From Tubiluchus corallicola (Eukaryota; Animalia; Priapulida), in contig JAQGDQ010000647.1 of assembly GCA_030141605.1 (NCBI GenBank), positions 55,595-119,594 on the forward strand: a stretch of 64,000 bases of DNA, given 5' to 3'. Positions 25,715 to 37,852 of the stretch are shown here, piece by piece. Within the stretch, counting starts at the first letter, position 1. Each line of letters begins with the position of its first letter. The notes beneath the pieces were generated by a model that saw only the letters and a program-made list of their open reading frames with translations, had not been told where the DNA came from and ran no database searches. The translations under genes were made by a program, and so were the position numbers.

Positions 25715-26206
25715 TGCGGGATGCCCACACTGTATCTCGACACTAGGCGGAGGAGCTGCACAAGCACAAAACGCTAGAGGGCGGAGGAGGTCAAGTAACC
25801 CAACGGCCATGTGTAGAGGAGTAAACCTTCCAATTCAGGAGTGGAGCCCCGAAGGCGGACCAGTGCAGCGTGCTCACTGACTCCGGCAGCTCCTGCAGGC
25901 AACCTGGTGCCAAACGTATCGCTCCGCTTTCCTTTGGACTACACCAGGGAGGAAGAGAGAGGGTTCCTGTTGTCTGGGCAACTCAGGATCTCCATACACC
26001 TTGCCCAGGCAGTGCACCCTGGAGACGTTCAAGGATCGCACTGCTCAGCCACAGTCGACGCTGCAGCTCCATCAATGTGATCAATAACTGACTCTCTTGG
26101 TGCACATTCCGTTGTCTTCCGAGACAGAAGGATGCCAACAAGTAAACAACAAGTAAACAACAAGTAAACAACAAGTAAACAACAAGTAAACAACAAGTAA
26201 ACAACA
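25595..26206 (+). mobile_element. Putative 5S-derived SINE (SINE3-type): 5S head, GC-rich body of about 420 nt, (CAACAAGTAAA)6 tail
   Basis: GC-rich island in AT-rich intron, tandem 3' tail at 26136-26206, possible short CACCAA target duplication. Confidence 0.7.
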
Positions 26207-26559
26207 CCAAGACCATGTGATTATTGTTAATGACGTACAGCATTAAAAATACAGTATAACCTACAATGTGAATAGGTTTAAAGAGGTACTAATGCTCTTC
26301 TAACGGGCATAAGTAGTTTTGCAAACACTTTCTATCACCAATACAGACAGTAATCTTGTTTTCTCGGGAGAAAATAACGCCTTCAGGGAAACGTCTAATA
26401 CTTTAGGCTCCCAGATCATTGGAAACCAGGATCCCCGCTAAACCCGGCAGAAAATAGCAAAATCAATTACTCCTGTTATCATAGACGTGTTCTATTTATA
26501 CTGAGAAGCCACTCGTGTGACTCTGGCTTCAGCAATTAGTAGAGAAGCCATGCACTTAC

Positions 26560-26620
26560 CTATGGGATCAATGTGTGTGAGGTGATCTACGAAATCGCGC
26601 TTCCCTAGATAGCAGGTGAT
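26560..26620 (-). CDS. ARRB: Beta-arrestin exon, 61 nt, ITCYLGKRDFVDHLTHIDPI(D)
   Basis: CAG acceptor and GTAAGT donor; YLGKRDFVDH arrestin motif. Confidence 0.96.
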
Positions 26621-26684
26621 CTGAAAGAAGAGCATAGAATTACAAATGTTAGTACTTTTGCACACGATCATTTTCGTTACAGGT

Positions 26685-27190
26685 ATCATCGTCATAGCAA
26701 TCATGACGGTTACCATTGTAGTCATCGTCATCGTCATCGTCATCATCATTGTTATCATCATCATCATCATCATAGTCATGGGTATCGTGATCGTCATCGC
26801 CATCATCTTCATTGTCATTGTCATCGCCATCATCTTCATCGTCATCGTCCTCGTCATCATCATCATTGTCATCATCATCATCATCATCATAGTCGTCGGT
26901 ATCGTGATCGTCATCGCCATCGTCATCAGCATCAGCAGCAGCATCGTCATCGTCATCGTTAACATCTTCTTCATTGTCATCGTCTTCGTCGTCATCGTCG
27001 CCGTCATCTTCATCACAATCATGATCATTATCATCAGCGTCATCACCATTTTTATTTGCTTGGCCAATTATCATTATTGTCATCACTGTTGTCTTTCTAA
27101 CTGCCACCACCATCACTAACAAAACAACAATCATCATCTTCATTTTTATTAGCTTGCCCATTAGCATTATTGTCATCGGTGTTGTTGTCA
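26685..27190. repeat. Degenerate (CAT/CGT)n trinucleotide tract
   Basis: Seen directly; intronic, just upstream of an arrestin acceptor. Confidence 0.9.
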
Positions 27191-27549
27191 TTTAGCTGTC
27201 ACTGCTACAACTAACCACGCAAGCATCGAATATCATAATTGAGTAAAGACCGTAATAATATTACTTCGATTTTCCATCATTGCAACCGCAATCTGGCCAA
27301 CAGCAGCTGTGCCACCAGCTTGACGATGAGCGAGGTGCCAGTCTCGCCACACTATCGACGAGTGCTGGGTACTAACGTGTAACGCGCGGAAGTGCGTAAA
27401 AGACGTTGAAAAGACTATAGGATATACAAGGGCCTTTCCCTGTACGTGAGAGCTCTACCCCCTTATATTTGTATTTTATCCCTGGTAAATAAATCCATGA
27501 AAAATAATGATCGCCCCTAAATTGCATCACACTGCCTATAGTAACTCAA

Positions 27550-28955
27550 AAACATGTTCAGACTAAACAGTAACTCACAAGCATGTTCAGACTAGAGAGC
27601 AAAACTTGCTGCGACTTACTCTCCGACAGTAACTACGAGTGGACACTTTATTCACTACGAGGAGTATTGAGAGTAACTCACCAACGCATTCACACTAGAC
27701 AGTAACTCACAAGCATGTTCAGACTAGAGAGCAAAACTTGCTGCGACTTAGTCTCCGACAGTAACTACGAGTGGACACTTTATTCACTACAGGGAGTATT
27801 GAGAGTAACTCACCGACTCATTCACACTAGACAGTAACTCACAAGCATGTTCAGACTAGAGAGCAAAACTTGCTGCGACTTACTCTCCGACAGTAACTAC
27901 GAGTGGACACTTTATTCACTACAAGGAGTATTGACAGTAACTCACTGACGCGTTCACACTAGACAGTAACTCACAAGCATGTTCAGACTAGAGAGCAAAA
28001 CTTGCTGCGATTTACTCTGCGACAGTAACTACGAGTGGACACTTTATTCACTACCAGGAGTATTGAGAGTAACTCACCAACGCATTCACACTAGACAGTA
28101 ACTCACAAGCATGTTCAGACTAGAGAGCAAAACTTGCTGCGACTTACTCTCCGACAGTAACTACGAGTGGACACTTTATTCACTACAGGGAGTGTTGAGA
28201 GTAACTCACTGACGCATTCACACTAGACAATCTTTGTGGGTTGTGGTTTTGGTTGGTGGTTTTTTAGGAGTATTGAGAGTAACTCACCAACGCATTCACA
28301 CTAGACAGTAACTCACAAGCATGTTCAGACTAGAGAGCAAAACTTGCTGCGACTTACTCTCCGACAGTAACTACGAGTGGACACTTTATTCACTACGAGG
28401 AGTATTGAGAGTAACTCACCGACGCATTCACACTAGACAGTAACTCACAAGCATGTTCAGACTAGAGAGCAAAACTTGCTGCGACTTACTCTCCGACAGT
28501 AACTACGAGTGGACACTTTATTCACTACGAGGAGTATTGACAGTAACTCACTGACGCATTCACACTAGACAGTAACTCACAAGCATGTTCAGACTAGAGA
28601 GCAAAACTTGCTGCGATTTACTCTGCGACAGTAACTACGAGTGGACACTTTATTCACTACCAGGAGTATTGAGAGTAACTCACCAACGCATTCACACTAG
28701 ACAGTAACTCACAAGCATGTTCAGACTAGAGAGCAAAGCTTGCTGCGACTTACTCTCCGACAGTAACTACGAGTGGACACTTTATTCACTACAGGGAGTG
28801 TTGAGAGTAACTCACTGACGCGTTCACACTAGACAGGAAATCAAGTCGCAGGAACTGCCGGTGAGTTTGCAATAACTTGCCGACAGTAACTCGCAAAGCA
28901 GTTCACACTTGCGACTTTGCTGGCAGAGAGAAAACTCGCTAGTCTGAACATGCCA
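27550..28955. mobile_element. Related Harbinger-like element whose left terminus is amplified as about 9-10 x 132 bp units
   Basis: Right end CTAGTCTGAACATGCCA|TAA; every unit contains its inverse GCATGTTCAGACTAG. Confidence 0.7.
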
Positions 28956-29443
28956 TAACACCCCATTCCTAGTATAACAGTTGCAAAATTGAACCATTCC
29001 GACTTCTGCAGCGCCTCCTGGAAACAGCAGATCAAAATCTCGACTCTGTAAACAAAACGGATGGTCGATAGAAATGTTTTATCATCATTAACTAACGGTG
29101 TTTAATTATGCATAAGTTATTACAGGCTGCGACTGGTCTCACGCTACCGTGAAAACATCTTTCTCTCGCAAGCGTGCCTGGATTTACTAAACGATGAATC
29201 ATTGGCAGAAAAATGTGAACACGGCTCATATATCTCACGCTTAAAATCCCAATAATACAGAGAAATGAACTGACAAACACCGGGAAAAATTACTGTTGAT
29301 TTTCTGATAATTCTGACAGTGTCTGACGTTATACGTGTAACTTTGCCAGTGGGCCAGTTGGGATGGGTGTGCAGTTTTGACTCCCACTTTTACAAATACA
29401 ACAGTTAGTTCTTGTAAACAATGCTGATAGTTTTAAAGAGAGC

Positions 29444-29986
29444 AGGTACACAGGACGATTGTTTAGACTCAATCTCATTTTAATTTACTGTCCAAAATAT
29501 ACATTTTCTTGCATATAAAAGTTAATAATTGTTCCTTATATTTGAATAATTAGGTCAGAAAGTTAATTAACGGCAATCGAACACAGCCATTGCTTACGTC
29601 AGAAACTAACCACAGTCTGTGCAATGGCAGGTGTCTTCCCTTGTGCGTCAAGCACGTTTGCGTAAGTGTTACAGTACTGTTTAAGCGCATGATGTCATGA
29701 AAATGGACTCTACGTCATATGACGTCAGAAACTAACACAGCAGTTCATGATCACGGTTATCACGATATTCTATTTGTCGGCCACCTGCATGTGACAAAAA
29801 AGCACCGCTGCCAATCTTAGTAGATTCACTGAGACGCGCGTAGCTTTGAAAGTTTAACAAAATTTGAGCATCTGAGGGTAATTATTATTTAATCTAAGCT
29901 TTGATTTAAAAAAGCTATTTTAGTTTTCAATATTTTACAGCATTCTTTATTCTGAACTCGTGTTTACACAATCATCTGGTTTTCCT
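29444..29986. mobile_element. Family B copy, inverted relative to 10439
   Basis: Reverse-complement similarity over its length; right end CCT|TTAA. Confidence 0.75.
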
Positions 29987-30187
29987 TTAATTAGCGCGAA
30001 ATTAATATCAATTTTACATTTATTAAAAAATCTTGCATTTATATTTATTAAAAATATAATGGTCTACAAATACACCGCGATAAATGAAGCAACTCATCGT
30101 CAAATTCAAATTTGTGTCAAGTTAAACTTCCATTACATTTTTTATAAATCGGTCCAATTATTTCTTTGATTCTGTTCTTGTAAATAT

Positions 30188-31010
30188 GCATGAACACACG
30201 ACCATGAACACATGAACACTACATGAACACACGACCATGAACACATGAACACACGAAGACGAACACATGAACACTACATGAACACACGAACATGAACACG
30301 TGAACATGGACACATGAACACTACATACACACATGAACACACGACCATGAATACATGAAAACATGAAGATGAACACACGAACATGAACACACGAAGATGA
30401 ACACATGAACACTACATGAATACATGAACACACGAACATGAACACATGAACAAACGAACATGAACACACGAACATGAACACACGAAGACGAACACATGAA
30501 CACTATATGAACACACGAACATGAACACATGGACATGGACACATGAACACTACATACACACATGAACACACGAACATGAACACTACATGAACACACGAAG
30601 ATGAACACATGAACACTACATACACACATGAACATACGACCATGAATACATGAAAACATGAAGATGAACACATGAACACACGAACATGAACACACGAAGA
30701 TGAACACATGAACACTACATGAATACATGAACACACGAACATGAACACATGAACAAACGAACATGAACACACGAACATGAACACATGAACACTACATGAA
30801 CACACGAAGACGAACACATGAACACTATATGAACACACGAACATGAACACATGGACATGGACACATGAACACTACATACACACATGAACACACGAACATG
30901 AACACTACATGAACACACGAAGATGAACACATGAACACTACATACACACATGAACACACGACCATGAATACATGAACACACGAACATGAACACATGAACA
31001 CTACATGCAC
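30188..31010. repeat. Compound ATGAACAC-based minisatellite
   Basis: Seen directly. Confidence 0.9.
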
Positions 31011-32703
31011 ATGTAGACAAATACATGAATCACGTGTATTTAACACTGATTACGAAACTATTTAATTAAAGGAAAGGAGAAGTCACTTAAGATGCTGAGT
31101 TCATTTTACCATTGTCACTTAAACTTAGAAAATGTAAAAATAGGAAAAAGCATAAATAACAGTATAAATTCAATTTATATTATTATATAGTCAAAGTTAT
31201 ATTACCTAGCATTTCGCTTACCTACTAGAAAGACTTAAGTAACTAGAAAAGAAATTTATTAATTATTTAAAAAGTTTTCACCCATTGGTAAAATGTCGCT
31301 GATTCACCCTCCAGGGTGCACCACTCACTAACCAAAAAACATATTTTTAATCTTACAGACAAGATGCATTAATTTAAAATACTTTACTCAGTTAGTGACG
31401 TGTGCGCTACGAATGCTCGCTGATCGCATACGTGTAAGTAAAAGAACAGGTGAAAGAGGTCAAGAAAGTCACGTGACTATACCTAAAGTTGGCTTCTCAT
31501 ATCTGATTGGCTGCACATCTAGGGTTCACGGACTTTATATATCCAAAAATATATCAGTAAAGTTAAATAAAACGTGTGTTCACGTGTGAGCACAGCATTT
31601 TTAGGAAACGGTAATGTGAGTAAAATAAACGAACAACTTGTAGTCGTGATTCTACGCGTTACTTTACTGGCATGATAGATAAATAGATAAAATGTTTATT
31701 TGCAAATTTAAAACTTACGTATACAAAGTACGAATACATTGTACAGAAGAAATTTGTACTGTGAAGAGAGGCAGAATACGAGTCATCATGAACAACGTTT
31801 CAGCTAAAATTACTGCTGGAGCTGCTTCAGAAAAATTTCAGCCATTGTTTTAATGCTGTGTAAAACGTAACAGACATATGCAATTTTAATTTTGTAGTTT
31901 TATTTGAAGATCGGATGTTGAACGGCCTCGTTTCTTAACTGCAACTTTCTCATGGAGAGGCAACTGTGAAAAATTAAGCTGTTGTTTTTCTCTTACAGTT
32001 ACAGAACTTATTTTTGGGATTCAAGACGTCCATTATTAAATAATTTAAGCTTTAAGCACACACGCTAAGTTTACACTCGATCACATCCAAGCATATGACG
32101 GTGCATGGTAAGCACGTGGCAATTGTTACTGTGTTCGAGACAGTATTTTTTTATCTAGCAGCGGACGCTAGCGTACAGCGTGTTATGTTAGACATGTGCG
32201 CATAGCCGCATGCGCAGAACAGCCAAACACCACGTTGCTTGCGCTGTGAAAGAAAGCACACATGCTCCACTTCTGCACAAGTATAAAAACAATTAAAGCA
32301 AAAAGACTCATTATACTGAATATATTCGATACTAATGAATGAAACCAGAGGGCGCTGCATTACCACAGTACCTATAAGTGAGCCACCACTGGTTAATTAC
32401 AACTAAAATTACAAAAAAATGACCTATAATTATTATAAAATTATTGAAAATCAGTAAAGTGCAAAAGACAGAGCTTATTTACAAAATTTGCATAATTAAA
32501 TGAGTGCTAATATAACGAAGACATTGATAACATTACTGGACGGACAGTACGTATCAGTATTCCATGTCATAATTAAGTTGAACATAATAGCATGAATTCC
32601 TCCTACATTTAAAACAATTTTTAGTCAAAAGCAACGAGATTTCGTGCTTACATGAAAAGTGGTTTCTTTTTCTACTTATTAGTAGAACTTAGAGTTTGGT
32701 ACT

Positions 32704-32823
32704 TTGATTATCAACTATCTCTGCATCCCAGTTGAGTTTAGTACTTTAATTATCTACTATCTCTGCATCCCAGTTGAGTTTAGTACTTTAATTATCTACT
32801 ATCTCTGCATCCCAGTTGAGTTT
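32704..32823. repeat. Three 42-bp copies including the glycosyltransferase stop codon region
   Basis: TTAATTATCTACTATCTCTGCATCCCAGTTGAGTTT repeated at 32704, 32746, 32788. Confidence 0.85.
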
Positions 32824-33786
32824 TTTCGGCTTTCTTGGAAACACTGTGTAAGCATCATTCCACGTATCAACAAGTTTGCCCCCACACTTGGGATTTTTTG
32901 TACTTGGTTTGCTATTATGCACCCCCACTTCACAAAAGTTAATATTTAACCTTTCGTGTTTTCCACAGATGTTATTATAAAGTGTGTAGATGTGATTTGC
33001 ATTGAAGTAATAACCTGAGTATGTCTCTGGAGCAACTGTTAGTCTTCGCTTTCCAAGGTTCTTAGTCCACTTGTTTAACAGTAGATCCTTTTCACCTGGA
33101 ATGTACGGGCGAAATGAAGAGTCCCTCAATTTCTCAAATGCCCACTGGAGAAATTTCGTCCACACGTGTGGCATAGGAGCTAAGCCCCATGGTCCGAGAA
33201 GTGGGTTTAGGTAGGCTGTGTCATTACATTCTGGACACAGCGGCATTTTGAATTGAGTACGACCTCTGTCCGTTCTTCCAACATTGGCTCCGATCATGAG
33301 TGTAACAGCACCCACTTCCGGGTCATCCTTGTAGAAGAGAAGGGCAGCTTTTAACCACCTGTAGTAGAACCTAGACGGCGCTTGGTCATCTTCGAATATA
33401 ATACCGTAATATCCTGGTTTTTCTGAAGGTACCCAACAAGTAAACCACTGAATATGAATCCCTTTATTGCGTTCATTGACTAGCACTTCCTTCCTACCAT
33501 GAGGCCAGTCGAATGACTTAGCAATAGCAACAGTTTCCTTTGATATTTTCTCTTTCCTGTCAATACAAATCTTTAACTGCACAACATCACCATCATATTC
33601 TGCAGCGACCAACGCGTTCAGTAGTCTCTCCAATGACCAAGGTCTATCCATCGTCAAAACGGCAATCTCCAAAAGGAATGGCTCGTCCATTGTGGCGGCA
33701 TCTGGTGTGAATATAGAAGCTAGTGTGCTTGTGTGGTTTGATCTTGATCGTTTTGACCCGTCGTCAAACTTTTGCCATTTATCCAC
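32788..33786 (-). CDS. Intronless glycosyltransferase-like (GT-A/GT2-like fold) ORF, catalytic part, nested in a beta-arrestin intron
   Basis: 332-codon non-repetitive ORF with IAVLTMDRPWSLERLL (first strand/helix), WPHG, and IIFEDD (DxD-like) motifs; from memory resembles plant/algal/fungal proteins of the At5g12260 type. Confidence 0.8.
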   Translation of the reverse strand: MDKWQKFDDGSKRSRSNHTSTLASIFTPDAATMDEPFLLEIAVLTMDRPWSLERLLNALVAAEYDGDVVQLKICIDRKEKISKETVAIAKSFDWPHGRKEVLVNERNKGIHIQWFTCWVPSEKPGYYGIIFEDDQAPSRFYYRWLKAALLFYKDDPEVGAVTLMIGANVGRTDRGRTQFKMPLCPECNDTAYLNPLLGPWGLAPMPHVWTKFLQWAFEKLRDSSFRPYIPGEKDLLLNKWTKNLGKRRLTVAPETYSGYYFNANHIYTLYNNICGKHERLNINFCEVGVHNSKPSTKNPKCGGKLVDTWNDAYTVFPRKPKKLNWDAEIVDN

Positions 33787-33869
33787 AGAGAGTAACTAAT
33801 GGCGGCCCAGAACAGCACAAAGATACAAATGCGGCAAAGAATGAGTTTTTTGAATCGACAAATTATCAT
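33720..33869 (-). CDS. 49-aa ORF encoding a type II membrane signal anchor; probable true N-terminus of the glycosyltransferase, out of frame with it
   Basis: ATG at 33869 gives MIICRFKKLILCRICIFVLFWAAISYSLWINGK...H*: basic residues then a hydrophobic stretch; overlaps the catalytic ORF with a 1-nt frame offset. Confidence 0.6.
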   Translation of the reverse strand: MIICRFKKLILCRICIFVLFWAAISYSLWINGKSLTTGQNDQDQTTQAH

Positions 33870-34997
33870 GATCCCAGTTTAACACGGTCAACTTTTAAGA
33901 AAACTTTCAATAAAACATAAGAGTGTAGCACATCAAACACGTACTGCTACTTGTCATGTGATTGTAAGATCAAGTGATTGGGGGATTCACACAAGCAATG
34001 ACAGTGGACCTGGGGCAGTAGTCATTAGTTACGGACTTCCTCGTACTCCTTACTTAGCATTTTGTTTACCTGTTTGAAAGACTTACGTAACTTGAAAAGA
34101 AAATTATTAATTATTTAAAATGTTTTCACAAATTGGTAATATGTCGCTGAATCACCCTCCAGGGTGCGCCATTCACTAACCAAAAAACATATTTTTAATC
34201 TTATTGACAAGATACAGTAATTTAAAATTTTACTTAGCTAGTAACATGTGTGCTGGAATGCTCTGATTATTTTTTCAAACTTTACTCAATGTTATCTAAA
34301 CTTGTTTCAAATAACTTATCGTCAAAACGGCTGCGTCTAACGGTCATCGCGAGAGTCCAAATTTACAGAAGTACAAGTTCTATACAGTGTTACTGCCGAC
34401 GCAAGCAATGTATGCAAAAAGACAATACGTAAGAGGTATGAAATTTCAAGACGAATTTTTTAAAGCTTTATGTAAGCGGTGGGTTTTCTTGTACTTTAAC
34501 GCGTTGAGTTTTGATAATTATAAATGAATTTTCAAGCAAAAATAGCAACCAACCAACTGCAGCAGCGCGTGAAATGATCTCTTACTAGCCTTTTGTCCTT
34601 CCACATTTAACAAAATAATTATTTCTCGTCTGCATAAGCCGATTGCATGATAAAATGAAATGGTTCTGAATTCAATTATTGATTACGCTCGTTAAAGCAA
34701 AGTTTACATTCAAACAGGAAATTAATAAACTTAGATAACGATGACGATAATTACATAAATTTTTTTGTGCATTCATTATTTAACTACATTTTAGTTCACT
34801 CGCTGCACTTATAATTTAACCACATTGCTTGCTTTTTTGTTGTTGCATTCATGACTTAACTGCATCTCGTTCACTTGTTGTTTTAATTTTTAACTGCATT
34901 ATTTGCTGCTTTTTTTCCATAGTTAAAATCATAATATAACTGCATTGCATTTTGTTTATTTGCTACACTTAAGATCTAACCACGTATTATTCACTTA

Positions 34998-37852
34998 ACC
35001 ATGTAGTCTGCCGTGCTTTATACTATTCCTAAGTTATATAGGGGTGGCTGACTCGATGACCATGTAGTCTGCCGTGCTTTATACTATTCCTAAGTTATAT
35101 AGGGGTGGCTGACTCGATGACCATGTAGTCTGCCGTGCTTTATACTATTCCTAAGTTATATAGGGGTGGCTGACTCGATGACCATGTAGTCTGCCGTGCT
35201 TTATACTATTCCTAAGTTATATAGGGGTGGCTGACTCGATGACCATGTAGTCTGCCGTGCTTTATACTATTCCTAAGTTATATAGGGGTGGCTGACTCGA
35301 TGACCATGTAGTCTGCCGTGCTTTATACTATTCCTAAGTTATATAGAGGTGGCTGACTCGATGACCATGTAGTCTGCCGTGCTTTATACTATTCCTAAGT
35401 TATATAGTTGTGTGTTGGTTTTGGGTGGCTGACTCGATGACCATGTAGTCTGCCGTGCTTTATACTATTCCTAAGTTATATAGGGGTGGCTGACTCGATG
35501 ACCATGTAGTCTGCCGTGCTTTATACTATTCCTAAGTTATATAGGGGTGGCTGACTCGATGACCATGTAGTCTGCCGTGTTTATACTATTCCTAAGTTAT
35601 ATAGGGGTGGCTGACTCGATGACCATGTAGTCTGCTGTGCTTTATACTATTCCTAAGTTATATAGAGGTGGCTGACTCGATGACCATGTAGTCTGCCGCT
35701 TTATACTATTCCTAAGTTATAGGGTGGCTGACTCGATGACCATGTAGTCTGCCGTGCTTTATACTATTCCTAAGTTATATAGGGGTGGCTGACTCGATGA
35801 CCATGTAGTCTGCCGTGCTTTATACTATTCCTAAGTTATATAGGGGTGGCTGACTCGATGACCATGTAGTCTGCCGTGCTTTATACTATTCCTAAGTTAT
35901 ATAGGGGTGGCTGACTCGATGACCATGTAGTCTGCCGTGCTTTATACTATTCCTAAGTTATATAGGGGTGGCTGACTCGATGACCATGTAGTCTGCCGTG
36001 CTTTATACTATTCCTAAGTTATATAGGGGTGGCTGACTCGATGACCATGTAGTCTGCCGTGCTTTATACTATTCCTAAGTTATATAGGGGTGGCTGACTC
36101 GATGACCATGTAGTCTGCCGTGCTTTATACTATTCCTAAGTTATATAGGGGTGGCTGACTCGATGACCATGTAGTCTGCCGTGCTTTATACTATTCCTAA
36201 GTTATATAGGGGTGGCTGACTCGATGACCATGTAGTCTGCCGTGCTTTATACTATTCCTAAGTTATATAGGGGTGGCTGACTCGATGACCATGTAGTCTG
36301 CCGTGCTTTATACTATTCCTAAGTTATATAGGGGTGGCTGACTCGATGACCATGTAGTCTGCCGTGCTTTATACTATTCCTAAGTTATATAGGGGTGGCT
36401 GACTCGATGACCATGTAGTCTGCCGTGCTTTATACTATTCCTAAGTTATATAGGGGTGGCTGACTCGATGACCATGTAGTCTGCCGTGCTTTATACTATT
36501 CCTAAGTTATATAGGGGTGGCTGACTCGATGACCATGTAGTCTGCCGTGCTTTATACTATTCCTAAGTTATATAGGGGTGGCTGACTCGATGACCATGTA
36601 GTCTGCCGTGCTTTATACTATTCCTAAGTTATATAGGGGTGGCTGACTCGATGACCATGTAGTCTGCCGTGCTTTATACTATTCCTAAGTTATATAGGGG
36701 TGGCTGACTCGATGACCATGTAGTCTGCCGTGCTTTATACTATTCCTAAGTTATATAGGGGTGGCTGACTCGATGACCATGTAGTCTGCCGTGCTTTATA
36801 CTATTCCTAAGTTATATAGGGGTGGCTGACTCGATGACCATGTAGTCTGCCGTGCTTTATACTATTCCTAAGTTATATAGGTGGCTGACTCGATGACCAT
36901 GTAGTCTGCCGTGTTTATACTATTCCTAAGTTATATAGGGGTGGCTGACTCGATGACCATGTAGTCTGCCGTGCTTTATACTATTCCTAAGTTATATAGG
37001 GGTGGCTGACTCGATGACCATGTAGTCTGCCGTGCTTTATACTATTCCTAAGTTATATAGAGGTGGCTGACTCGATGACCATGTAGTCTGCCATGCTTTA
37101 TACTATTCCTAAGTTATATAGGGGTGGCTGACTCGATGACCATGTCGTCTGCAGTGCTTTATACTATTCCTAAGTTATATAGAGGTGGCTGACTCGATGA
37201 CCATGTAGTCTGCCATGCTTTATACTATTGCTAAGTTATATAGAGGTGGTGACTCGATGACCATGTAGTCTGCCATGCTTTATACTATTCCTAAGTTATA
37301 TAGGGGTGGCTGACTCGATGACCATGTCGTCTGCAGTGCTTTATACTATTCCTAAGTTATATAGAGGTGGCTGACTCGATGACCATGTAGTCTGCCATGC
37401 TTTATACTATTGCTAAGTTATATAGAGGTGGCTGACTCGATGACCATGTAGTCTGCCATGCTTTATACTATTCCTAAGTTATATAGGGGTGGCTGACTCG
37501 ATGACCATGTAGTCTGCCGTGCTTTATACTATTCCTAAGTTATATAGGGGTGGCTGACTCGATGACCATGTAGTCTGCCGTGCTCTATACTATTCCTAAG
37601 TTATATAGGGGTGGCTGACTCGATGACCATGTAGTCTGCCGTGCTCTATACTATTCCTAAGTTATATAGGGGTGGCTGACTCGATGACCATGTAGTCTGC
37701 CGTGCTTTATACTATTCCTAAGTTATATAGGGGTGGCTGACTCGATGACCATGTAGTCTGCCGTGCTCTATACTATTCCTAAGTTATATAGGGGTGGCTG
37801 ACTCGATGACCATGTAGTCTGTCGTGCTTTATACTATTCCTAAGTTATATAC
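34998..37852. repeat. 61-bp satellite, about 47 near-identical copies
   Basis: CCATGTAGTCTGCCGTGCTTTATACTATTCCTAAGTTATATAGGGGTGGCTGACTCGATGA. Confidence 0.97.

Noticed and set aside
26492-27191. Poly-Asp and poly-Met/Thr ORFs, one in frame with an arrestin exon
   Set aside because: Trinucleotide microsatellite; the exon has its own canonical acceptor at 26621-26623.
28230-28268. GT/AC-only inserts within arrays (also 35408-35424 and 39781-39960)
   Set aside because: Look like long-read burst errors retained in unpolished repeats, not biological spacers.
33780-33860. Programmed -1 ribosomal frameshift at AAAAAAC
   Set aside because: The run is in the wrong phase and upstream of the TAG that closes the catalytic frame.
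34998-37852. CRISPR-like regular repeats (also 22824, 49001, 60411)
   Set aside because: No unique spacers, no cas genes, eukaryotic intron context; no hammerhead core seen in the units, so not retrozymes either.
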